From positions 34,162,001 to 34,226,000 of the forward strand of contig CM119373.1 of NCBI GenBank assembly GCA_051294905.1: a stretch of DNA of 64,000 nucleotides. Reading direction: 5' to 3'. Every line of letters starts with the position of its first letter. Positions within the stretch are counted from its first letter, which is position 1. Positions 13,613-25,353 of the stretch are shown piece after piece. The notes below the pieces were generated by a model that was given only the letters and a program-made list of their open reading frames with translations, was not told the origin of the DNA and made no database searches. This stretch comes from Botryllus schlosseri (taxonomy: Eukaryota). The position numbers and the translations under genes are program-made.

Positions 13613-16600
13613 CTCAAAACAACATTTTACCACCGTGCCACTGTGTAAAACAGCAGTTACATTTCAGACGAGATGCTGTTGTTTGGTTGGTGCTTAAGTA
13701 ATGTTAAAAACCATACCACATTGATACAATTATAAGCTAAAATATAGACGTCTATGCTATATGCATGAGTACGAACTGGAACGCAAGACAACATTCTTTC
13801 AAATCAGCATGGTGCATTGATACGAGATCTGCCATCGCCTCAAAATCCGAAGCACGGAGCTGCACGGATTTATGGGCTGTCGCATTAATTCATAATCTCA
13901 AACACCTAAATCTGTTGCTGAGTGAGATTTTGCGGACAGCGCCCCACTTGGCAAGGAATTTAAAAGCGGAAAATTCGGTCCTCAGCACATCTGTCGAATT
14001 TCGGAGATTTGAAACATTCCGGGAAATTGCGGGATCAATGGGATATACATGAACCGAAAATCCAAGACCGTCACGAAAATTCGTGACCGGTTACCAACCA
14101 AATGAGACGAAAATAAAGCTTGTCATGTTCAATCGTGGCAAAACTATTACTTACTGTATTTATATAACAGACTTAACCCAACTCTTATTACATCATAACA
14201 AGAAACGCAAACGACGCTGTAGAGCGCACACACCTTAATCGTCGAGTATAAAGCGATTAACAGGCTATCTGCTGTTTGAAGAATCCAGACATACAAATGT
14301 ATTGTTTCGGATCGAATTCCGTCTTTATTTTGAAAACAAGGCATGCGTGTGACATGTGTCGATGGCAAAAGAATACCTGTGGTTTCTCAGTCAACTAAGG
14401 CTATAGGCTTGGATACCGCACGGATGCACGGATGCACACTGCACAGTTGCACACATATGCATACATATTCCCGTGAATTGAATAGTATACATACGAATTG
14501 TTATGGCTGGTGGAGTATACTCATCTCATTCAGATTCAAACTGATGTGATGAGTTATGATCATAATTCACATCGGTACGCGAAATGATCATTGATGACTC
14601 TACAGTATAAATCTATACACAGTGCGAACTGCATACTATTTTTTCACTTAGAATCACTGAGTAAACCGCTACAATGCATCAATGTAGAAGTTAACAAATA
14701 GTTTGAAGCAGTGTTTTCAAGGTTGAGAGGTCATTCAAATTACAGTGTTAATATGATTCCAATCTCTGAAAGATGAAGCCCCACATACCCATCATTATAC
14801 CGATAGGAATCACACTCAAAGATATTCAATCGTATAAAATGTATGCATGCCTTGTCCCACAACCGTGAAGCGTCATGCAATACAGCAACTAAAGAATAGC
14901 AAGAGCCGTCATCAGTTCGACATGTTAACACGAGACCACGTTTACGGAAGATGAGAAGAACACAACGGAATCTAGTACGAGTTGAAAGGTTATTTGTCAA
15001 GGTATGGAATGTAAATCCAATACTGTTGTTATGAAATCAGGAGATATCATTACCAAGGGATTATAGGAGGTTCTCATTAAATTACTGTTGTGTAACGAGT
15101 GATTTAACGGTGTGCGGCGATGCTACCATAATAGTTATATGTTTTTTTTTTTATATCAGAGTCAGTCTAATGACTGCATTTTTTGACAATGCAAAGGAGT
15201 TCATGAATATCTACTTTTTCTATTCCTATTGTATGGTGCCCACTAGCCTGATAAACAAACACCCGTGCTGGCTCACGCTAGCCTATAGTCACACAATATA
15301 CAGCGCATATGACATTGCGGTGTGATCGATGGAATACTAATGGTTGCTATGTGTTAGATTTCATTGAGGCAAGATCTTACTTTGCGTCACATGTAATCTA
15401 AATTACAGAAAGATAGGCTATGCTTATCCGGTTATCATAGCGGGAATGTATCATATATACAAGAATCCGTATTCATGGGATATAGCGTAGGAATTCCGCG
15501 GATAGGACTTGCGCGGATAAAATATACTCCATGCAGTGTTATCGTCACGAGATACGGATGATACCTAGCAGATTACTATATACAGAAACTCAGCTGTTTA
15601 ATAGTGTTTTGTGGGCCACACCGCACGTGCAGACATCGACTCTCGTAAATCGAAACGTATTGTATCTGAAATTACGATAGGAATTTTCCGGCGGTTACAC
15701 TCTGCAAGTATAGATTGGCGGGATATGACGCCCATTGCTACCGAGTGTAGTTGCTATTCAAATTGTAAATCGGTCTGGTTGATATCTATGCTTATAGCTG
15801 TAACGATATACAGTATTCATTAGTGAAACAAGGTGTTTTGTTGGTGGTATTACTTCGTAAAATATCAATGTAGGTAACACTAGTCGCTACAGTCACTGAC
15901 ATATCGCCGCAAATTCCCCACCATCACGCCAAGCGATTTCAACAGCATTCGGAGCATTTATTCAGTTAATTAACTCTGTACACAATCGCCAAACATTTCT
16001 CGCGGCAAAGTCATCAAATGCGAACATACCCGGACACATTTGAAGACAATATTCATCCATGCCTTATAGCGGGGGTTCTCAGACTGGGATATGCGAGCAA
16101 CTTCATTTTTCTGGCACTGCGACAATTTTTTCCAACAGAAATTCAAATTTTTATGTGACAAGTGAGAAAAAAATGTAAGCTGACCAAATCCATCATTTAA
16201 GGTTTCCCACCATGCTTTTACATTGCTGTGCAACGTTACTGGCCTCAACTGCATTTACCCGTAGTGAATTTCTGTTTCTCTACTGCCGCGGTGATGATAG
16301 TCTTTAGGTATAGGGAAATGCAGCTCTAGGATTAGTTCTATCACAACCAATGTCATTCGCTTATTATGAAATCTGATTAACGCGATTGCCTGTGTACAAT
16401 GACAAGCAGGCGATAGAATCTTACGCTGTATAATGATCAAAATCATTTCATAATTCCACGCAGTAGAATATTACTTGGCGATTTCTTCAACTCGAAAATA
16501 CTCTTCGTGCTTCGCGCGATTTCGTTTCGAATGAATTGTTGCTTACAATCTGGCTACCATACCCACCGACAAAATAATAGTAGGCTAATAATAAAAAATA

Positions 16601-19600
16601 AAACATAAGTTACAGAAATGAGTCTAAACATTTTCGCAATTATGAGAGAGATAGTTGGGGTGCTTTAGTCCAGGGGTGTGATTCCTGCTGGTGCGGGACC
16701 ATCAGAGACCAGTGGACCGCCAGACATCTTCCCGTTGGGCGAAACCTTCGACATTTATATCTACAGTCTCTGAAAGGCCTCACGTCCATGAAATCCACAG
16801 AAGTTGTGCTGAAAACCTTACGGGGGCCCAAGACCAGCGTTTGGCTGCGGCCTGGAAAAGTGCTGATTCATTCCTGGAAAAGGAATACGAGAAAAATTGC
16901 ACGGTAGTTCAAGGGGCACGAGCGCTAAAAAGGTTAAGAAACACTGATGCTGATCATGAAGAACAATCTCCGTTCTAGACTAATTTGTGAAATGTGCCAT
17001 TCCGCAACAATTCCGAGAATAGATTTGCTCGCGGGGAAGCGTTAAGCTCGTCCATCAAATGTGTCAACGGATGTTCGAGATTGTAAATACATATTTTGTA
17101 TTATTTCAACTGCGTTACGCCATACATGTGGATGAATCAACGTCTGAGAGCCCCTGCCATATTATATTCGCAGATTTCCGTCGGGACAAATCCCAGCACG
17201 GAAGCGAACACCCATTAGGTGGATTTAACCTATGCAAACTGTTCAGAGAGTATGGGTCATTGTCGTGCTATCGAGTTCGTTCAAATATTACTACAAATAT
17301 TCATGCACCCGCCTCCACCATAAACAGATCGTATCATTTGCTATTTGTGAAAAGTTACAATTTGCGATCTTCCTGGCGACACACTGATCGTCTCATCGAT
17401 ACCGAGTATTTATCAACACGCATTGAGTCACGAGACCTTGCACCGAGTGATACAATGATAGCCGCTAAGCATACACAAGATCGCGACCACAGATGTCCTG
17501 CTCTTTAATCTCTCCATTTACCATCACGCATAATTTGGCGTAGGGCGAGGTTTTTCGTAGTTTCACTTGATACAAGCGGACGAATAATGAACCAAGCGCG
17601 ATAACCTGCTGGTGACATTATATCTTTCAGAGAATTGACACTTGAATATTGGATGACGTGTTTTAAATCTGTGATTGTCATAAACAATATCAACCTACTT
17701 CGTCTGTGAGGATTTTGAGAGTTTTCGAAACTTTGCTGAGTTGAAATCTGTAAATCCCGTCCATATGAGAACGACAAGATAACGTCCGCCGACATACTTT
17801 TCTCACTGCAATAAATATCTATCGATTACACTTGCTACAATGAATGTCATCAATACCTCCGAAGATAGTTTGCAATGTATTTATTGTATCACCTTTCAAC
17901 AGATGTGACCAAGTACGAATTACTTGGAGCTTTCCAATTGGATACTAAAGACTGAATGAACCAGGATAAGTGGGAGGAATTAACTCGCTTAAGACATATA
18001 AACTTAAGGCAATGTTCCAAAAAAAGATGCTCATTTGCTAAATATGTTATGTCAAATCCTAGAACGTCAAAAAAATTATAGTTAGCAGTTCTCTAGGGGA
18101 GATATGACCGGAAGCGTGTAATAAATATGACCGATTCCTAGAATATTTTATCTAATCATGAACGAGATCATTATTGCCAGGCTAATATCCTTATAACATT
18201 GGCTTTCCATTCTTGGGTGTCTGAGTTTACGGCTTTTCAATTTGGTAATAAAACTTCCAATCTTTATGATGAAAACAGATTATGATATTATGACACTCTT
18301 TCAAACGTCATTGTGGCGTAATACAAAATGACAGAATACAATAATTATCGTTTGTTCGAAGTCGTTTTATCAGTTGTGATTGTCATCACGGATTATGATA
18401 CCTACTCCAAAATTAGAACGCATGGAGAAAAGGCCGTAATTGTATAGCAGGACAATCACGTGTGTTTACGGGGATGTCAGTCGCAAAACGGATGATTAGT
18501 TTAGTAAACTCCTGTCACATGATTCGGTAACATACTAAATACTGTGTGATGAGTGATGACTGATGATGTCACAGTTTGCAATAACTTTTATTCACGATTC
18601 TTGCAATCGATTAATCATTTATTTAGACCACATCTCATGCCTCCACTATCGCCTCCTATATACCATGTTTGGGACCTAATAAAATAAGTTGGTTGTTTTC
18701 CGTGTCTATGACAGTGGTCGGGAACCTATGGCTCGCGAGCCATATATTGCTCTTTTGGGTATAAGATAGGGCTCTATGCCAACTAATAATTTTTGTATTG
18801 AATTGATCAATATTGCAGCCACTTGTTAGTAAATTTTCATCACGGCCAGAATAATTATTCTTGTGACAGTATAAACATGCCTTTTAGGCAGGCCGTGTTA
18901 TTTTTGGCATATGCCAAAACTGCCAAAAATATCTTATTTTTGGCTTTTTTCGATTTTTATTTTTGGCAGTTGTGGCATCGTTCTCTAAATAGACCGTTTC
19001 AGCCTCGAATTAGTCACAAAAACGCTGTATTTGGGCTAGTTTGTCAAAAGACACCACAAAATGTGCAGCATCCACGTATAATCAGTGCCAACAAACAATA
19101 AGAAGAAGAAAAAACCTAACGATTTCATAGGTTAATAATATCAAACGAAACCACAAAATGTGCAGTATCCATCGGAATCGGTGCCAATAAGCAAAAAAAA
19201 GCCTAACAAACACGCTCAACAGCTGATTGTTACAGCTGTTGAATAGACTTAATCGTTTGCACTGTAACAGTGCTTCCTAACTCAGGTCAGCTAAGTTTCT
19301 CCTAAATTCATTTCTCGCCCAGCGAATCTGGAAAATATCGGCTTCAACAGTAGCCGTTGAGGGAAAGAATGTTGCCAGTCATCCACAAAAGGTTTTCAGA
19401 GCTTCAAAAGCTTTGGAGGGCCGAACCGGCTTCCATGCATCATGAAAAGAGATCACTTCGCTAGTGCCATCGATCTCATCGCGGAAAGAATTTTATTCCC
19501 GATCCTGTTCCGGGAGTTTCCTGCATTGTCTCTCAACTCAACACATTCTATTTAGTGGCCCGACTATCATTTCTCCTACAGTCTACCGATATATTTTCGG

Positions 19601-19969
19601 AGGACTTTTGTCACTTCAGGTGGCTTTAATAATACCAGCTCGCATAGAAGAGTGTTTCTATGTGTCGGAGGTTATCTGGGCTCCTCATCGCCGATCCCGC
19701 TATACGAACAGTGTGTTTAAAAGCCCAGACACAGAGCAAGCCACGCTCTCATAAAGCTGGCAGCTGAGACCCGAAGAAGGACGCATGCAAGAGAAAGAGT
19801 GAAAGAGTGAATGCGCTGAATGAAAGTCGTCCAACGAGGAAGATACATGATGTTGAAGATACTGACTGTACGATGAATATGAACTGTAATATGAAAACTG
19901 AACTGTACCTATATCTGTGTCGTGACGCACAAGGCCTAAACGGCGATAAGCGTCACTGTAATACCCTTG

Positions 19970-19991
19970 TAATAATAATAATAATAATAAT
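19970..19991. repeat. (TAA)n microsatellite
   Basis: About 7 perfect TAA units. Confidence 0.9.
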
Positions 19992-20044
19992 ATAGAAGAG
20001 TCCTGGGAAGGTTAGCTTGTTTAATAACTTTGACGCAACAAGAC

Positions 20045-21849
20045 CAGGGCATGGTATGGTATGGTATGGTATGGAAGTATGGTATGGTATGGATCGATAT
20101 TTTGGTATGGAATATGAAAGAATGCAAGTATGGTATGGAATGGAAGATTTTAATCTATGGTATGGAACGACATTTCCATACTTCCATACTTTGGTGTTTT
20201 ATACATTTTATCGTGATCTGTGCAAGCTTCATGAAGCGTACGTTGATCGCTGCTCACGGAATACGATCACTTTTGTTATGTGTGAACGTGAACTATTGAA
20301 TGCTGTGTAGATACAAATACGCGCTTGTGCAACGGTTTTAGGAGCACTTGGAATGACATGATTTTGTGATATAATAATGACAACAGTAATGTTGATCTGA
20401 TATTCTATTGAGTCTAGACACGACGTCTCCGAGCATAGTCTATCATGTGACGCAATAATTGGTAATGTAGGCAACTCCAGCTATACCTCATTCCTTAAGT
20501 GACGACAGCTCACAAGCAATAATGATGCAACGTACTTATTGCTCAATGCGATTGATGATTACATTTCTTCTGAAACATCGTCCGCTCCGCACATTTATAC
20601 TATTTGCATACCGTGATATCTTTTTGGTCATATTTCAAACGCTCTTGCATTAGGATTATAAATTAGGGAGTGGGGTAGACATAGTTTGAAATTCTCGCCA
20701 CGCTAACCCCAACCAAATGATGTACTAATAATCACGCAGATCGCTGCAGTATTGATCGCCTGTAGCTGGGATATTTTATGGGTGCGCCTATATTATAAAT
20801 TATTTTGCGAGTATTTACTTCAAACTTGCATGTGCATCATGTCAATGTACCGGAAATGCGATTATATTCTTATGGAGCAGGGGCGGGCAACTTCGCCAGT
20901 CGGTGGGCCGGATATAGGAAAATTAAGAACTTGACAAGCCGGATTGCTGAATGGATACATTATTCGCGCATATATACAAGGAATAAATCGTATTTAGTGA
21001 ATGTATTCTATCGACACCAATGTTACTTCAAAGCCTTTTCTTGCCGATAATGACAATGCAATGTGGATTTGAGAACAGCATTGTCATACAGACGCCGCCA
21101 TGTCTGCTTCTCTCTGATCAACTTACTCACGGTGCGATCCTTAATTATGATTTCAAAGCGTTTCATTAGTCCGGTACCCAAAATTTACCAAGATATCAAT
21201 TCATTAGGGTTGAGTACATCATAAATGCCGATAATGCAAGTCTTCTCGCTTCGACGAACTTACGCGTATAAGCTCCACACTCTCGCACGCTGCGCAGTGC
21301 GCACACCTATATAATTGCATAAGCAGTCACTAAAATGTTACGTTTAAGCAAGTGGTGGGGAATCTCGGCTGACTGGGGCCGCGGGCTACATTATCATGTA
21401 AGACGGGAAACTGTCCGCGGGCCGGACAAAATCTCCTCGCGGCCCGCGGGCAGTATGTTACCCGTCCCTTTTATGGACGGTCCTATATGACAATCTGCTG
21501 ACTATCTCATTTTGCTCGCGGAAGCTGTAGAGTAGACTTACACGCACCTCACCACCGTGGACTAAACCTCACCAAAACAGACTCTGTATAAAACTATTAC
21601 CAGGAATTAGATTCGCATCATGGCTAGTTTAAGCAATAATGACATCCGAAATATCAATAATATAGGTGCTAGAAAAGGAAATATACTTATGATATTCAAG
21701 TATTTGAAAGTATGGAATATGTATCAAGTATGGTATGGAACACTGTTGGTATGGTATGGAAAATTGCAAGTATGGTATGGAGAGGGTAAGGCAAGTATGG
21801 AGTATGGAAAATTTTCGTTCCATACCATACCATACCATACCATGCCCTG
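20045..21849. mobile_element. hAT-type element with (TATGG)n subterminal arrays
   Basis: TIR CAGGGCATGGTATGGTATGGTATGG; perfect TSD AACAAGAC (20037-20044 / 21850-21857). Confidence 0.88.
20878..21470. mobile_element. Charlie/MER20-like hAT MITE
   Basis: CAGGGGCGGGCAAC..GTTACCCGTCCCTT ends; TSD TTATGGAG/TTATGGAC. Confidence 0.75.
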
Positions 21850-23769
21850 AACAAGACTGTCTGGCAAAACGAGACTATGCAGCTCAGAAATAGCCAGATA
21901 GTTTGTTGCGTGACAATGTTCAACACGATCACAATGCAAAAATCGTGGTGGATTTTGGGGGTTCCAGTTCCATGAGCAGAATATAATTTATATTTTAATA
22001 ATCAGTATACTGCGGCAGCTTCTCATTGATACCCGTTTTATTAAATTTAGCGCTCGACAAGCCGGTCAAAAATGGTCGTAAAATTGCCTTTGGAAAAATG
22101 GAAAGTAGGACGTAAACCAAATGCAGTCAGCCGTTCAATCTCGCTGTGCCCACACCATTTAGAACACCATGCTTTCACCCCTAATGGGTGGGCTGGACCC
22201 AGATTACGAAACCTGCCTTTCACAAACGCTCTTCTCGCTTGTAACGCGTCCCTGTTAACACAACACCATGAACGAAATACACTATTTGGCAGGCCGTGTT
22301 ATTTTTGGCATATGCCAAAAATTGCTTATTTTTGGCATTTTCAAATTTTTATTTTTGGCATCTGGCTTCTGAAATGCCAAAAATAACACGGCCTGCTTTT
22401 AGGGGTGCCGCCTTCAGGTTTAGGGGCGGTCCTCCTATTTTCAATATCTTCAGATTTCAGTCACTGTCGCGCCGGCGACGAATATCACTCGCGAATTCGA
22501 TGTACCTGGCTCGAAATCATGGATTGCACGATACGTTGACAGATAAAAAAGAATAGCAAACATGATGACGCGCATATAACAACACATTTTTCAAATACAC
22601 AATATATCTTACTGATCCACGGCGGGAAATTAACTACCGTGGACTCTCACAATTACAAACTCGAATTACAAACAATGTCATAGCTATCCACGTTCTTTAT
22701 TGGTAAGTAGCTCTGTAGTGTCGGCGATAAAATGTAGGAGTGTAGCGCAACGTTATGTGTTACCGCTGAATTGAGAATTCGATCAGTGTTTGTATTTTTG
22801 GAATCAGTGCGACAATTAGATTCGATTATTATCAGTTATAATAAATTATAGGCTATTTATGATGAATTTCATTATCAATGGTGAGGCTTGATCCGTATAT
22901 GCCGTACCTTTCGTTTCGCGCTTTATTTCCGAACAAGAAATATGCAAATTGTGTGATTTTGAGAGAAAAATGTTCAAGGACCTGTTATTCATGAACATCG
23001 ATAGATAATACCAATAATAATTGAAGGTGCCACAATTTTCGTTCATTCATCCTGACGACAGTGAGTTACCGGCTTACTTGCCTCCCCTGGCACGACGTCA
23101 CTGATGTATCACACCTTAGAGTGGGTAGGCATGTATACTGCCGTAGTGACAATGTTTGGCTCCCCCTACGCATGTGATCATGGGTTATCGCATTTAAATG
23201 GAGCATGACGACGGACCTACGTTCACGTATCTCTAGTTTCGCATGCTTAAATAAGGCAACCAACATGATTAGTACGAGTTTATTTTTAAAGAAAAAATGT
23301 GGCACGCACAACGTATCCCATATAGTGAGTTCGAGTTGGTGCTATCACGACGTCATGGATTTCAATTTTGACGTAACAGTTCATTGACATGTATGGTAAA
23401 ATGGAAAAAATAGGGCCGATATGGCTCTTCGGACAAAAAAAGGTTTCCGACCGCAGGCCTATGAGATATTTTTCGGATTTGAATAGTGAGAGACTAATAT
23501 ACGTCTGGAAAGGCAAAAAATATGACTAGTAAAGCGAAGCAAACGGTATTTGTCAAAGCACAAGTGCAATCTTCGTCTTCTTGTTGCTTATTGTGTTAGA
23601 GAAATATATGACTAATTCGAAACCATATTGTCTCCGACTATACATCGCACCATCTTGGAATACATTTGCGTTGCATTTCGTCTCTTGCGGCAACTGCGAA
23701 TATCACTGTCCATCAGCACAGATCCAAGACTCGTAATATTTTATCTTGCAATATGCATTTATTTTTCGA

Positions 23770-24130
23770 GGTTCCACACTATCACCGAGAATGCTATTAC
23801 CGAGATGGACATTACCGAGAACGGACATTACCGAGAATGGACATTACCGAGAATGGCCAATGTCAAAGAATCTAGCTTAATGTTAACGGACGTTGTCGAG
23901 AAATTTACACCTGAGAATCGATACCGAATGTGGCAACGCCGTGATGCACACACACGACCTGTGCATATGCATAACATGCCTGCATTGCATATATTGCATT
24001 CTCGGTAATGTCCATTTTCGGTGGTGTCCATTCTCGGTAATGCCCATTCTCGATATTGTCCATTCTCGGTAATGTCCATTCTCGGTATTGTCCTTCTCGG
24101 TAATAGCATTCTCGGTATTGACCGGACACC
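23770..24130. mobile_element. MULE-type MITE with long TIRs made of ATTACCGAGAATGGAC repeats
   Basis: Left arm is (CATTACCGAGAATGGA)n and right arm its reverse complement; 9-bp TSD ATTTTTCGA/ATTTTCCGA. Confidence 0.8.
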
Positions 24131-24300
24131 ATTTTCCGAGACCAATACACACTTTTCCTATCAATACACTCATTGCAGAAGACCAACATTGCAAACCCAT
24201 TGCCGTGACAAAGAAGGGACTGGCTTGGTGTGATTCGCTGGCCAGGGCGGTTGCACCACACGCTGGACACCATAGCGGCGTGAGCATTGTTCTCTTATCA

Positions 24301-24506
24301 TATTCATGGTGTTTTACGACTAAAATGGTCGTTTACACCAGGCCTATTTTCTTTATTTTGATTCCGTGTCTACCGACATGTATCACGGCGCACTTCCAGG
24401 CTTTTTAAGACACCTATAATGTGGACCAGATGGCGGGGAAGAGCCTAGATAAACTCCCAACACTTGCGTATGAATTCTGAAGTCGACCACTACGCTCTCT
24501 CGCCAC
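24301..24506 (-). mobile_element. SINE family A with internal deletion of the B-box region
   Basis: Body and extreme 5' end homologous to 4666-4946; the segment between GTCGACC and CACTACGC is missing. Confidence 0.8.
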
Positions 24507-24573
24507 ATTTAGGTATGGTATAAGTCAGAGTATAGTAGATTGATATCTTGTAATAAAATTGCACTATGTAGCC

Positions 24574-25211
24574 CAGTGGTTCTTATACTTTTTAGACCGC
24601 GACCCAAATCTGACTTTTAGTGGTATCTCGCGACCCAAGCAACACACACCAAAATGAATGCATTTGGGTGCCGACCAATTATATCAATAACGAAGGGTTT
24701 GGCCACCCAACGACGGTCAATTATCGCCACCGAACTTTTTGGCACCGCACTTTGCCCAGCCGTATGTTGGCCCAACGCCATATATTCATGTGTCCAAGCG
24801 TGGACGGGTTTTGGCCTCATAAACCGGCAACCGCTCGTTGTACAACTCAACACTAAAGCGTCCCAGGTCTCCGACGGTGTTTTCCAGAGAAACCAATGTT
24901 GAAAAAATCTTATCATGAATTCAAACCAATTTGTTTAATACAAAGGTCGGCACATTTTCATGATCAAGTCATGTTGTGGTGGCGACTTCTCCGCGTGTCT
25001 CGCTTATTGGCCGTGGTACCAAACTCATTGACCTCTGATATGCTCAAACCAACTACAGTAAATCGCGCAAAAAGCGAACATATTTTGTTGTTGCAATGAC
25101 CTCAAATAATATTACATACATATTAAAGGACCGGTCTTGTACCGTCGCGACCCAAAATTATACCCTTCGCGACCTATGTTTGGGTCGCGACCCATACTTT
25201 AAGAACCACTG
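24574..25211. mobile_element. Charlie/MER5-like hAT MITE
   Basis: TIR CAGTGGTTCTTA/TAAGAACCACTG; subterminal CGCGACCC motifs; flanks share TAGCC (partial TSD). Confidence 0.8.
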
Positions 25212-25353
25212 TAGCCAGTGCCAGAAATATAATGGAAACTTGTACTTATACTTCGTAGAAAAGCTTGTCCTTCAATAAAGAATACTCGACTGAATTCGTG
25301 AGATCCAGACGTTTGGGAGGCGGTCAAATGGTGGAATAGCAGCAGCAATCCAA

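Larger units (their letters stand above)
18889..22395. mobile_element. CAGGCCGTGTTA-TIR hAT-type element / composite, 3.5 kb
   Basis: Ends CAGGCCGTGTTATTTTTGGCA / TGCCAAAAATAACACGGCCTG; perfect TSD CTTTTAGG (18881-18888 / 22396-22403); a complete mini-copy occupies 22290-22395. Confidence 0.8.
18712..23456. mobile_element. Charlie-like element (8905-type, inverted) split by nested insertions
   Basis: TIR at 18712 (CAGTGGTCGGGAACC) and a degenerate TIR ending 23456; TSD GTCTATGA/GCCTATGA (7/8); 18712-18888 joins 22396-23456 as the reverse complement of 8905-10113. Confidence 0.75.

Noticed and set aside
16691-17508. 95-aa and 149-aa ORFs with moderately protein-like composition
   Set aside because: No recognisable domain, alternative or weak starts, and no consistent splice partners.
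19464-19754. Possible LINE reverse-transcriptase C-terminus (PHRRSRYTNSVF) upstream of a (TAA)n tract
   Set aside because: Only a few residues resemble the L2/CR1 tail motif; no RT core is visible.
20017-21939. MVWYG-repeat ORFs
   Set aside because: Translations of (TATGG)n arrays.
23628-24408. Cluster of 70-134 aa overlapping ORFs
   Set aside because: Artefacts of stop-poor MULE TIR repeats and adjacent SINE sequence.
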